Below are positions 7,628 to 18,061 of a DNA stretch of 21,082 bases, one piece after another. Numbering within the stretch: the stretch's first letter is position 1; each line of letters starts with the position of its first letter. The stretch is from contig JBBDMM010000018.1 in NCBI GenBank assembly GCA_040878325.1, positions 62,001 through 83,082 of the forward strand, in the 5' to 3' direction. The translations under genes were made by a program, and so were the position numbers. This DNA is from Acidimicrobiia bacterium (GTDB taxonomy: Bacteria; Actinomycetota; Acidimicrobiia; Spongiisociales; UBA11373). The notes under the pieces were generated by a model. That model was not told the DNA's origin. It did not search any database and saw only the letters and a program-made list of their open reading frames with translations.

Positions 7628-8928
7628 CGGCGCACTCCCAGAATCAGCGGCGGTGGTGTCGCCGGCCCATCCTCGACGAGTACCGCCGTCTCTGCCAGCG
7701 AGAGTGCCTCGGCGAGCCGATGCTCTTCGTTCCAGTGGAGGCGGAGCAGGGGGTCGCCCTTGGAGACCTCGTCACCGATGTTGACCTCGACGGTGATTCC
7801 AGGGGCGGGGTCGATGTCGTCTTCCTTGGTGGCACGGCCGGCGCCCAGCCGCATCGCGGCCACGCCGATGTCCAGGGCGTCGCATCGAGTGACAATTCCG
7901 TCGCGGCTCGCTTCTACCACGTGCTCGCCCTTGGCTACGGGAAGTAGGGACGGATCCTCGAGCACGGCGCTGTCTCCGCCTTGCGCCTCGACGACTTCCA
8001 TCAACTTGTCGAAGGCCGCCCCCGAGTCGATCGCCTTCTGAAGCCGTGCCCTGGCGGCAGCCTCGTCTTCATCGATGCCACCGAGCAGCAACATCTCGGC
8101 CCCGAGGGAGAGCACGATCTCGATGAGGTCCGGCGGACCGCCCCCCTTCAGCACCTCGACCGACTCGCGGATCTCGGAGGCGTTGCCGACCTCTTTGCCG
8201 AGGGGCTGGGACATATCGGTGAGGAAGGCGGTGACGGTGGTGCCCTCAGCCTGGCCGATACCGATCATGATCTCGGCCAACTCGCGGGCATCTTCGACGT
8301 ACTTCATGAAGGCACCTCGTCCCACCTTGACGTCAAGCACCAGGGCATCGATTCCCTCCGCGAGCTTCTTGGACATGATCGACGACGCGATCAACGGGAT
8401 CGAGGGGACCGTCCCGGTGGCGTCACGCAACGCGTAGATCAGGCCGTCGGCGGGGGCAATGCTCCCGGACTGGCCGGCGAGGACGAGGCCGTGACGCTCG
8501 AGCAGCCTGCCGAACTCTGGAGGGTCGAGTTTGGTGCGAAACCCCGGGATTGTCTCCAGTTTGTCGAGGGTGCCGCCGGTGTGGCCCAGGCCGCGGCCCG
8601 AGATCATGGGGATGGCGACACCGCAGGCAGCGACAATTGGAGCGAGGGGAATGCTCACCTTGTCGCCGACTCCTCCCGTCGAGTGTTTGTCGACCTTGGG
8701 CGCCGCAATGTGGGAGAAGTCGAGGCCTTTGCCCGATTTGAGCATCGCCTCGGTCCAGGCGGCCAATTCTTGGCTGTCCAACCCGTGGAGGTAGACGGCC
8801 ATCAGCAGAGATGCCATCTGGTAGTCGGGGGCGCGGTGGGCGGTGTACTCGGCGATGAGCCATTTGATTTCCGCGGCGTCGAGGACACCCTTGTCGCGCT
8901 TGCGTTCGATCAGTTCGACGAAGTTCAT
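7624..8928 (-). CDS. deoA: Thymidine/pyrimidine-nucleoside phosphorylase
   Basis: 'DKHSTGGVGDK', 'SGRGLGHTGGTLDKLE', 'IASSIMSKK', 'DVKVGRGAFMK'. Confidence 0.95.
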   Translation of the reverse strand: MNFVELIERKRDKGVLDAAEIKWLIAEYTAHRAPDYQMASLLMAVYLHGLDSQELAAWTEAMLKSGKGLDFSHIAAPKVDKHSTGGVGDKVSIPLAPIVAACGVAIPMISGRGLGHTGGTLDKLETIPGFRTKLDPPEFGRLLERHGLVLAGQSGSIAPADGLIYALRDATGTVPSIPLIASSIMSKKLAEGIDALVLDVKVGRGAFMKYVEDARELAEIMIGIGQAEGTTVTAFLTDMSQPLGKEVGNASEIRESVEVLKGGGPPDLIEIVLSLGAEMLLLGGIDEDEAAARARLQKAIDSGAAFDKLMEVVEAQGGDSAVLEDPSLLPVAKGEHVVEASRDGIVTRCDALDIGVAAMRLGAGRATKEDDIDPAPGITVEVNIGDEVSKGDPLLRLHWNEEHRLAEALSLAETAVLVEDGPATPPPLILGVRR

Positions 8929-9203
8929 CGCGGTCCCATTCTGGCGACCTTGCGGCCGTTCACCGGCACTCCCTCGGCGCGGAGACGGCGGGCGTGCTCG
9001 GCTTCATGGCCGGGCACCAGGCGTCCGGTCGAGGTGACCACCCGCCACCAGGGGTATTCACCGGTGGAGGTGGCGAGCACCCGCCCTACCGCTCGGGCGG
9101 CACCGGGTCGGCTCGCCTCGGCGGCGACCTCTCCGTATGTGACGACTTCGCCGGGACGAAGCCGCCCGAGCACCAGGGCGACCTGTTCCTCGAAGGAAGT
9201 CAT
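8925..9203 (-). CDS. atl: Alkyltransferase-like protein (ATL, MGMT family without catalytic Cys)
   Basis: 'GEVVTYGEVA...GAARAVGRVL...PWWRVV...LRAEGV'; PWWR replaces the PCHR of active MGMT. Confidence 0.85.
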   Translation of the reverse strand: MTSFEEQVALVLGRLRPGEVVTYGEVAAEASRPGAARAVGRVLATSTGEYPWWRVVTSTGRLVPGHEAEHARRLRAEGVPVNGRKVARMGPR

Positions 9204-9817
9204 ACCGTGCCGAAGAGCCGATCGCCCATGTCGCCCAGGCCCGGCTGGATGTAGAAGTGGTCGCTGAGATCACGGTCGAGCGCGGCGGCGAAGATCCGTA
9301 CGTCGGGATGCTCCCGGGCCATCCGCGCCACTCCCTCCGGGGCCGCCACCACGCAGAGGCAGCGGACATCGGTGGCCCCGGATTCGATCACCTTGTCCAC
9401 TGCCCATGACAGAGATCCGCCCGTGGCCAGCATCGGCTCGAGGATCAGCACGCTGGCTTCGGCGAGGTCCGGGGGCTTGAAGTAGTACTCGACCGGTTCA
9501 GCGGTCTCCTCGTTCCTCGCCACGCCGGCGAACCCCACCTTGACCGAGGGGATCAACTCGAGCACCGCATCGAGCAGCCCCAGCCCTGCCCGCAACACCG
9601 GGATCGCCACCACCGGGGTGAGCAGGTAGCCGGTGGTCCGCTCGAGCGGGGTATCGATCTCACACTCGCTCAGTTTCAGATCGCGGGTGGCTTCCATCAC
9701 CAATGCATAGGTGAGTCGCTTGGCGGCCGCCCGGAACACCTCCGGCTCGGTCCGCCGGTCACGAAGCACCGAGAGGTAGTGGAGTGCGAGCGGGTGGTCG
9801 AGCACGGTGAGGGGCAT
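9200..9817 (-). CDS. upp: Uracil phosphoribosyltransferase
   Basis: 'DHPL', 'VLRAGLG', 'RNEET', 'EPMLATGGS', 'PGLGDMGDRLFGT'. Confidence 0.96.
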   Translation of the reverse strand: MPLTVLDHPLALHYLSVLRDRRTEPEVFRAAAKRLTYALVMEATRDLKLSECEIDTPLERTTGYLLTPVVAIPVLRAGLGLLDAVLELIPSVKVGFAGVARNEETAEPVEYYFKPPDLAEASVLILEPMLATGGSLSWAVDKVIESGATDVRCLCVVAAPEGVARMAREHPDVRIFAAALDRDLSDHFYIQPGLGDMGDRLFGTV

Positions 9818-9856
9818 GTGCCAACGCTACCCGCTGCCCGCCTTCAGCAAGAGCGT

Positions 9857-10040
9857 CCTCCCTGCCGTCTTCGGCGGGGGAGGTGCCGAAGCGAAGCGAG
9901 GCGGAGGGGGCAGCGAAGCGAACAAAGTAGCCGACAGCGAGCACTCCAACGACCTCTTCAAGAACGGGTCCAGTCCTGCTCGCAGGGTCAGCTGCCCCCC
10001 TCCCCCCTGCGGGGTACTCCCCCCGGAAGCCGGGGTGAGA
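9857..10040. repeat. Inverted pair of REP-like palindromic elements
   Basis: 9857-9914 (CCTCCCTGCCG-TCTT-CGGCGGGGGAGG...GGAGGGGGCAGC) and the reverse complement of 9991-10040 share the layout hairpin-GGGGGAG-spacer-GGAGGGGG(G)CAGC; 76-bp spacer between them. Confidence 0.7.
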
Positions 10041-10058
10041 CGTTCTGAAAGCGTTCCT

Positions 10059-10090
10059 GCTAATCGCCAATCGCCAATCGCTACTCGCCA
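10059..10090. repeat. Heptamer tandem repeat (GCYAATC)n
   Basis: GCTAATC-GCCAATC-GCCAATC-GCTACTC-GCCA. Confidence 0.8.
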
Positions 10091-10137
10091 TCCCGCTCCT
10101 GTCCATTGAATCGCGACGACCACCTAGCCTCCACAAG

Positions 10138-11478
10138 ATGTTCGACACCCTCACATCGCGCCTCTCCGGGGCCCTTGCCGCGTTGCGGGGGAAGGGGCGG
10201 CTGTCCGAGCGCGATGTCGATCAGACGCTGATCGAGGTGCGGTTGGCGTTGCTCGAGGCCGACGTCGCGGTGTCGGTGGTGTCGTCGCTACTCGACCGGG
10301 TGCGGGTGCGTGCGGTCGGCGGGGAAGTCACCAAGAGCCTGACGCCGGGTCAGCAGGTGGTGAAGATCGTCCAGGAGGAGCTCGTCGCCACTCTCGGCGC
10401 CTCGGCTGTCCCTCTCGCCGCCGCCTCGAAGCCACCGCTGGTGGTGCTGATCGTCGGTCTGCAGGGCTCGGGGAAGACCACCACTGCGGGCAAGCTGGCC
10501 AAACGGCTCAAGAGCCAGGGGAAGCAGCCTTTGCTGGTGGCCGCCGACCTGCAGCGACCTGCTGCCATCGATCAGCTGGAGACATTGGGTGCCCGCATCG
10601 GGGTCCCGGTGCATGTCGATCGGAGCGCGACCCCGGCGAAATTGGTCAAGTCAGCCCTCAAGGCAGCGGGGGTCGGCAACCACGACGCGGTGGTGATCGA
10701 CACGGCCGGACGGCTGCAGATCGACGAGGCGTTGATGGCGGAGCTGGCTGACGTGCGCAAGGCCGCCGCCCCCGACGAGGTGTTGCTGGTACTGGATGCG
10801 ATGACCGGGCAGGACGCGGTCAATGTCGCCTCCGGGTTCCTCGAACAGACGGAGATCACGGGCCTGATCCTCTCGAAACTCGACGGCGATGCCCGCGGTG
10901 GCGCCGCCATCTCGGCGCGAGAGGTCACCGGGGTGCCGATCAAGCTGGTCGGCGTCGGCGAAGGCCTCGATGACCTCGAGGTGTTCCATCCCGAGCGGAT
11001 GGCCTCACGGATCCTGGGGATGGGGGACGTGCTCACCCTGATCGAGAAGGCCGAGGAGACGTGGGACGAAAAGGCGGCACTCGAAGCCGTGGAGAAGCTC
11101 CGGACGGCCTCTTTCAACCTCGAGGACTTCCTGGAGCAGTTCCAGCAGGTCCGGCGGATGGGGTCGATGGGCCAACTGCTTGGTATGCTCCCTGGCGCCG
11201 CCTCGGCCCTTAAAAAGGCCGAGGTTTCGGACAAGGATCTCGGCAGAGTCGAAGCGATCATCCGATCGATGACACTCGATGAGCGGCGAAACCCCAAGGT
11301 CATCGACGGCAGCCGCAAGCGCCGCATCGCAAGGGGGTCGGGCACGACCCCGCAGGACGTCAACGGCCTGTTGCGGCAGTTCGCCGAGACACAGAAGATG
11401 ATGAAGGCCCTCGCCGGTGGCCGCAGCCCGATTCCTGGGCTCGGACTGCCCGGCAAGGCCCGCAAGAGGAAGAGGTGA
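10138..11478 (+). CDS. ffh: Signal recognition particle protein
   Basis: 'ALLEADV', 'GLQGSGKTT', 'DTAGRL', 'KLDGDARGGAA', 'RMASRILGMGD', M-domain 'SRKRRIARGSG'. Confidence 0.98.
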   Translation: MFDTLTSRLSGALAALRGKGRLSERDVDQTLIEVRLALLEADVAVSVVSSLLDRVRVRAVGGEVTKSLTPGQQVVKIVQEELVATLGASAVPLAAASKPPLVVLIVGLQGSGKTTTAGKLAKRLKSQGKQPLLVAADLQRPAAIDQLETLGARIGVPVHVDRSATPAKLVKSALKAAGVGNHDAVVIDTAGRLQIDEALMAELADVRKAAAPDEVLLVLDAMTGQDAVNVASGFLEQTEITGLILSKLDGDARGGAAISAREVTGVPIKLVGVGEGLDDLEVFHPERMASRILGMGDVLTLIEKAEETWDEKAALEAVEKLRTASFNLEDFLEQFQQVRRMGSMGQLLGMLPGAASALKKAEVSDKDLGRVEAIIRSMTLDERRNPKVIDGSRKRRIARGSGTTPQDVNGLLRQFAETQKMMKALAGGRSPIPGLGLPGKARKRKR

Positions 11479-11481
11479 CCG

Positions 11482-12063
11482 ATGGCGGTGAAGATCCGCC
11501 TGACCAGAGTCGGCAAGAAGCGGCAGCCCGCCTACCGGGTGGTCGTGGCCGACTCGCGCAGCCCGCGTGACGGGCGATACATCGAGCAGATCGGTCGTTA
11601 TGACCCCACGGTCGACCCCTCGATCGTCGAGATCGACAACGACCGGGCCAAGTATTGGTTGTCCAACGGGGCGCAACCGTCGAGCCAGGTGAAGAAGTTG
11701 CTGGAGATCTCCGGCAACCTTCCGGCGCGCCCGGTCAAGGAACGCAAGGTGAAGGTGGCACCCGCGCCTGCGCCGATTGCCGAACCCGTGGCCGTCGCCG
11801 AGCCGGCGGTCGAGGCAGAGCCGGCCGTCGAGGCGGCGCCAGAACCTGAGGTTGCCGCCACTGAAGCCGCCACCGCGGCCGCCGTCGCCGAGGCAGCGGT
11901 CGAAGTCGACGACAAGGTTCTCGACATGGAGGCCGAAGGCGGGCCGGTCGCCGAGGTCCCCGAGGCCGACCCCGTAGCCGAGGCTCAGCCCGTTGCTGAG
12001 GCGGAGGGTGAGCCGGTCATCGAAGCCGCGGCAGATCCCGCGGATGAGGAGCAGCCATCATGA
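11482..12063 (+). CDS. rpsP: 30S ribosomal protein S16 with acidic C-terminal extension
   Basis: '[13 protein letters not shown]...[25 protein letters not shown]...GAQPS', then about 100 aa of Ala/Glu/Pro-rich tail. Confidence 0.97.
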   Translation: MAVKIRLTRVGKKRQPAYRVVVADSRSPRDGRYIEQIGRYDPTVDPSIVEIDNDRAKYWLSNGAQPSSQVKKLLEISGNLPARPVKERKVKVAPAPAPIAEPVAVAEPAVEAEPAVEAAPEPEVAATEAATAAAVAEAAVEVDDKVLDMEAEGGPVAEVPEADPVAEAQPVAEAEGEPVIEAAADPADEEQPS

Positions 12064-12308
12064 AGGGCGACATCGTTCAGCGCGTCGTCGAGTACGTCTC
12101 CCGTGAAATCGTCGAGGAACCGGACTCCGTCTCGGTGACCATCGTCGAGGATGGTCCCGACGAGGTGACCGCCGAAGTGCGGGCTGCCAAGTCCGACATG
12201 GGCCGTGTCATCGGACGGCGGGGCCGCGTCGCCAAGTCGATCCGCACCCTGGCGCAGGCCGCCGCCGACGAAGAGGGCTTGCAGGCTCGGGTTGAGTTCA
12301 TCGACTGA
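12060..12308 (+). CDS. khpA: KH-domain RNA-binding protein
   Basis: '[19 protein letters not shown]'; position between rpsP and rimM; ATGA overlap. Confidence 0.93.
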   Translation: MKGDIVQRVVEYVSREIVEEPDSVSVTIVEDGPDEVTAEVRAAKSDMGRVIGRRGRVAKSIRTLAQAAADEEGLQARVEFID

Positions 12309-12798
12309 CGACCGCATCACCGTTGGTCGCATCGGTCGACCACACGGCGTGCGCGGTCAAGTGACGGTCGTCCTCGAACCTGGCGATCGCCCCTATTTTG
12401 AGCCCGGATCGCAGCTATGGGCCGAGGACGGGCGGGGTCTCGTAGTGGTTTCGGCATCCGCCTATCGCGACCGCGGACTCGTGGTGGGCTTCGAGGGTGT
12501 TGCCGATCGCGTTGGCGCCGAGTCACTCCGAGGCACGATCCTCTCGGTGCCCGCCGCCAGCCGCCGCGAACTCGACGACGGCGAATTCTGGCTCGACGAC
12601 CTGGTCGGCCTCGAGGCCGTGGATCCTTTGGGCGCATTGCTCGGCACCGTCACCGCAATCGATTTCGGAGACGCCCAGGACCGCATCGTCGTCACCACTC
12701 CCGAGGGGCGCGAGGTAATGGTCCCCTTCGTATCGGCCTTGGTGGGCGACCCGGTGAACGGTCGCCTCGAGATAAGGGACCCCGGGGGGTTGTTCTAA
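12292..12798 (+). CDS. rimM: Ribosome maturation factor RimM
   Basis: TTG start overlapping khpA; 'VGRIGRPHGVRG', 'AESLRG', 'EFWLDDLVGL', 'VMVPFV', 'PGGL'. Confidence 0.93.
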   Translation: MSSSTDDRITVGRIGRPHGVRGQVTVVLEPGDRPYFEPGSQLWAEDGRGLVVVSASAYRDRGLVVGFEGVADRVGAESLRGTILSVPAASRRELDDGEFWLDDLVGLEAVDPLGALLGTVTAIDFGDAQDRIVVTTPEGREVMVPFVSALVGDPVNGRLEIRDPGGLF

Positions 12799-12836
12799 GT
12801 CGGCCGCCTTCGGCTGCCTCCGAGCGCAGCGAGGCC

Positions 12837-14842
<2,006 letters not shown>

Positions 14843-14915
14843 ATCGTGAAGGGTAATGGTCGCGCGAGGGCCTCTCTTCTGGTGAGGTGAAGTGAGGGCG
14901 ATGGGCGAGTCGCCC

Positions 14916-15001
14916 GCGATGCGCAATGCGCAACGCGCCAGAGGTTGCAGGCGCGTTCTTGCCAATTGCGAATTGCGAATTGCGGCCGAGCGGAGCGAGC
15001 C
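14916..15001. repeat. Composite heptamer/REP-like intergenic element
   Basis: GCGCAAT-like repeats, hairpin AACGCGCC/GGCGCGTT (14932-14957), (AATTGCG)x3, then GAGCGGAGCGAG; related element at about 19460-19540. Confidence 0.7.
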
Positions 15002-15017
15002 CTCTTACACTTCCGCC

Positions 15018-16154
15018 ATGGCGCATCCGACACCGGAACCCGAGCTGGCGGGCTCGCTGCTGCGGGGGCGAGGCGACGTCGCCGGGCTCTTCGCCGAGGC
15101 GAGAAGGATGCGCGACGAGGGGAAGGGACGCACCGTCACCTACTCGCGCAAGGTGTTCGTCCCGCTGACCACCCTCTGTCGCGATCGGTGCACCTATTGC
15201 ACCTTCGCCCAACCTCCCGGGGCGGGCGGGGAGTACCTGACCCCGGAGGACGTGCTCGCCATCGCCCGGGCCGGTGAGTCCCATCGGTGTACCGAGGCGC
15301 TATTTACCCTTGGCGATCGTCCCGAAGACCGCTGGCCCCAAGCCCGTGAGTTCCTGGCCGCGCACGGTTGCGCCACGACGCTGGACTATGTGCAAATGAA
15401 CACCGAGGCCGTGGTCGAGCACACCACCCTCTTCCCCCACGCCAACCCGGGGATCATGTCCGACGCCGACCTCGTCGCGCTGCGCCCGTCCAATCCTTCG
15501 ATGGGGCTGATGCTCGAGAACGTGTCGCCCCGGCTGATGGAGCCGGGGATGCCGCACTTCGACTGTCCCGACAAAGACCCTGTGCTCCGCCTCGAGGTGG
15601 TGCGGGCGGCGGGGCGGGTCAAGGTGCCTTTCACCACCGGGATCCTGGTGGGGATCGGCGAGACGGTGGACGAAGTCGTCGACAGCCTGTTCGCGCTCAG
15701 AGACGTCGGCGTGGAATCCGGCGCGGTCCAGGAAGTGATCGTTCAGAACTTCCGGGCAAAGGCCGGCACCCCCAAGCGGCGAGATGCCGAGCCAACGGTC
15801 GAGTACTTCGCCCGGGTGGTGGCCGTGGCGCGCTGGATCCTCGGCCCGGGGGTCAACCTGCAGGTCCCGCCGAATCTCACCGACCGGTTCGAGGTATATC
15901 TCGACGCCGGCATCAACGACTGGGGTGGGGTCTCTCCGCTGACCATCGACTGGGTGAACCCCGAGGCGCCGTGGCCGCACCTGGAGGAGTTGCGGGGCCG
16001 TACCGAGGCGGCCGGATTCAGGCTGATGCCGCGGCTGCCGGTGTACCCGGAGTTCATCGATTCCGACTGGATCGACCCCGGGCTCTTGCCGGCCGTCGAG
16101 GCGGCGATCGACGACGAGGGTTACGCCCGGGCGCCCCAGATGGAGGCAGCATGA
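15018..16154 (+). CDS. cofG: FO synthase subunit CofG (radical SAM, F420 biosynthesis)
   Basis: 'VTYSRKVFVPLTTLCRDRCTYCTF', 'PHANPG', 'SMGLMLE', 'PFTTGILVGIGE', 'QEVIVQNF', 'QVPPNL', 'DWGGVSP', 'NPEAPWP'. Confidence 0.95.
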   Translation: MAHPTPEPELAGSLLRGRGDVAGLFAEARRMRDEGKGRTVTYSRKVFVPLTTLCRDRCTYCTFAQPPGAGGEYLTPEDVLAIARAGESHRCTEALFTLGDRPEDRWPQAREFLAAHGCATTLDYVQMNTEAVVEHTTLFPHANPGIMSDADLVALRPSNPSMGLMLENVSPRLMEPGMPHFDCPDKDPVLRLEVVRAAGRVKVPFTTGILVGIGETVDEVVDSLFALRDVGVESGAVQEVIVQNFRAKAGTPKRRDAEPTVEYFARVVAVARWILGPGVNLQVPPNLTDRFEVYLDAGINDWGGVSPLTIDWVNPEAPWPHLEELRGRTEAAGFRLMPRLPVYPEFIDSDWIDPGLLPAVEAAIDDEGYARAPQMEAA

Positions 16155-18010
16155 TCACCTTCCTACGAGTTCGGCCCACCGACATGGCCACCGAAGTGTG
16201 GGCTGCAACCCGACGCCGCGAAGGAACCACCGCCCTCGAGATCGAGCGGATCGATGATGCCTCGGTGGGCGGCGCACTCACCGGGGGAGTGCTCCCCGTG
16301 GCGAACGGACCGGGCGAGGCCGAACCAGTCGCCTGGGTCGTCGGTCCGGCGGACGCCCTCGCCCTGGTCGCACGAGGGGTTCCCGGCTGGAGGATCACCG
16401 TCGAGGACGTCGGGCCGGAAGAGGCCGTGCTCGATGCGATGGCTCGAACCCGCGCCGCATTCCTGCGCACGGGGCGCAGCCGGGTGGCAGAAGCCGCCGA
16501 TCTCCTGTCGACGCCGGGAGTGGACGCGGCCGTCTCGGTCTTCGTCGACTCGGTCGACGAGGCGCTCGGGGCAGTGGGCTCCGGCGCAGGTGACCTGATC
16601 TTGCGCGATTGGGATACCGAGAGCATCGGACAGCTACGCGACGCTCTCGGCGGAAGGCTGGTCGAGCGCACCGCTCTGCCCGTTGGCGTCACCACCGATT
16701 TGGTCCGCGACCAGTTGAGCGCGGCTGGCTTCAAGGCGTGGCTCGACCTCGTCGACGGCACGGGCGCCGCCCGACCCCGCTACTCGTGGGCGCCGGGCAA
16801 GGACGAGGGCGCACCGATTCCCGATCGTCGGATCTCGGCGGAATGGCCCGACGATGCGTGGGTCGGTGGCGCGGGACGGACGGGTGACCTATCCGCAGAC
16901 CTCGCGGGCATCCTCGAACGATCGCGGGCGGGAACGCCGCCAACCCGCGACGAGGTGGAGCGCCTGTTCCGGGCCCGTGGGGACGAGGTCGACGCCATTG
17001 CGGCCGTGGCCGACGAACTGCGGAGCCGTGCGAATGGCGACACGGTGACCTATGTGGTGAACCGGAACATCAACTACACCAACCAGTGCTATTTCCGCTG
17101 CGGGTTCTGTGCGTTCAGCAAAGGGCCCCGGTCGCTGAACCTGCGGGGCGACCCGTATCTTCTCGAGATCCACGAAGTGGTCCATCGCACCAAGGAGGCT
17201 TGGGAACTCGGAGCCACCGAGGTCTGCCTCCAGGGCGGCATCCACCCCGACTTCACCGGCGACTTCTATGTCGCGGTTCTCGAAGCGATCAAGCAAGCGG
17301 TCCCCGAGATCCATGTACACGGGTTCACCCCCCTCGAGGTGTGGCAGGGGGCGGAGACCCTCGGCGTCACCGTCGCTGACTTCCTCACCCGCCTCAAGGA
17401 GGCGGGGCTGGGCACCCTCCCCGGAACGGCTGCCGAGATCCTCGACGACGACGTGCGTCGACATCTCTGCCCCGACAAGGTGACGACCGCGGAGTGGGCC
17501 CGGGTGATGGTCACCGCACACGAGATGGGGCTCCGGTCCACCTCGACCATGATGTTCGGCCATATCGATGGCCCCACCTCGTGGGCCAATCACTACGAGG
17601 TGCTGCGTGACATCCAGCGCAGAACCGGCGGGTTCACCGAGTTCGTCCCCCTGCCATTCGTGCATATGGGTGCGCCGATCTACCTGAGGGGCCGGGCGCG
17701 CCCCGGTCCCACCTGGGACGAGGTGGTGTTGGTCCACGCGGTGGCGCGCATCGCCTTCGACGGCCTGATCCCGAACATCCAGGCCTCGTGGGTGAAGTTG
17801 GGCCTGGGCGGGGGGACGGCTCTCCTCCGCGCCGGCTGCAACGACATGGGCGGCACCCTCATGGACGAGAACATCTCCCGGGCCGCCGGCGCCGCTCACG
17901 GCCAGCTGGTGACGGCCGACGAGATGGAGGCGGCCATCCGCGCCGCCGGTCGCACCCCAGCCCGCCGTAACACTCTGTACGAGTTGGTTGACCAGGCGAT
18001 TAGCGATTAG
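16151..18010 (+). CDS. cofH: FO synthase subunit CofH with long N-terminal extension
   Basis: ATGA overlap with cofG; 'VTYVVNRNINYTNQCYFRCGFCAFSKG', 'GATEVCLQGGIHP', 'PGTAAEILDD', 'TGGFTEFVPLPF', 'NIQASWVK', 'GGTLMDENISRAAGA'; 619 aa. Confidence 0.93.
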   Translation: MITFLRVRPTDMATEVWAATRRREGTTALEIERIDDASVGGALTGGVLPVANGPGEAEPVAWVVGPADALALVARGVPGWRITVEDVGPEEAVLDAMARTRAAFLRTGRSRVAEAADLLSTPGVDAAVSVFVDSVDEALGAVGSGAGDLILRDWDTESIGQLRDALGGRLVERTALPVGVTTDLVRDQLSAAGFKAWLDLVDGTGAARPRYSWAPGKDEGAPIPDRRISAEWPDDAWVGGAGRTGDLSADLAGILERSRAGTPPTRDEVERLFRARGDEVDAIAAVADELRSRANGDTVTYVVNRNINYTNQCYFRCGFCAFSKGPRSLNLRGDPYLLEIHEVVHRTKEAWELGATEVCLQGGIHPDFTGDFYVAVLEAIKQAVPEIHVHGFTPLEVWQGAETLGVTVADFLTRLKEAGLGTLPGTAAEILDDDVRRHLCPDKVTTAEWARVMVTAHEMGLRSTSTMMFGHIDGPTSWANHYEVLRDIQRRTGGFTEFVPLPFVHMGAPIYLRGRARPGPTWDEVVLVHAVARIAFDGLIPNIQASWVKLGLGGGTALLRAGCNDMGGTLMDENISRAAGAAHGQLVTADEMEAAIRAAGRTPARRNTLYELVDQAISD

Positions 18011-18061
18011 CGATTGGCGACCTGGCCACCCAATCCTTCTTGATTCTTGATTCTTGATTCT
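17995..18061. repeat. Two heptamer tandem arrays between convergent genes
   Basis: (GCGATTR)x3 at 17996-18016, containing the cofH stop, and (TTCTTGA)x3 at 18037-18057. Confidence 0.8.

Noticed and set aside
6563..9267. Long plus-strand ORFs (325 and 428 aa) and similar antisense ORFs elsewhere
   Set aside because: Antisense shadows of well-identified genes, expected in high-GC DNA.
9818..10137. SRP RNA or riboswitch upstream of ffh
   Set aside because: No SRP domain IV signature; the hairpins are explained by the REP-like pair, and ffh looks leaderless.
15368..18010. 880-aa ORF as a fused FbiC or a programmed frameshift from cofG
   Set aside because: The first 261 codons are out-of-frame shadow of cofG; cofG is complete and a clean ATGA overlap at 16151 explains the junction.
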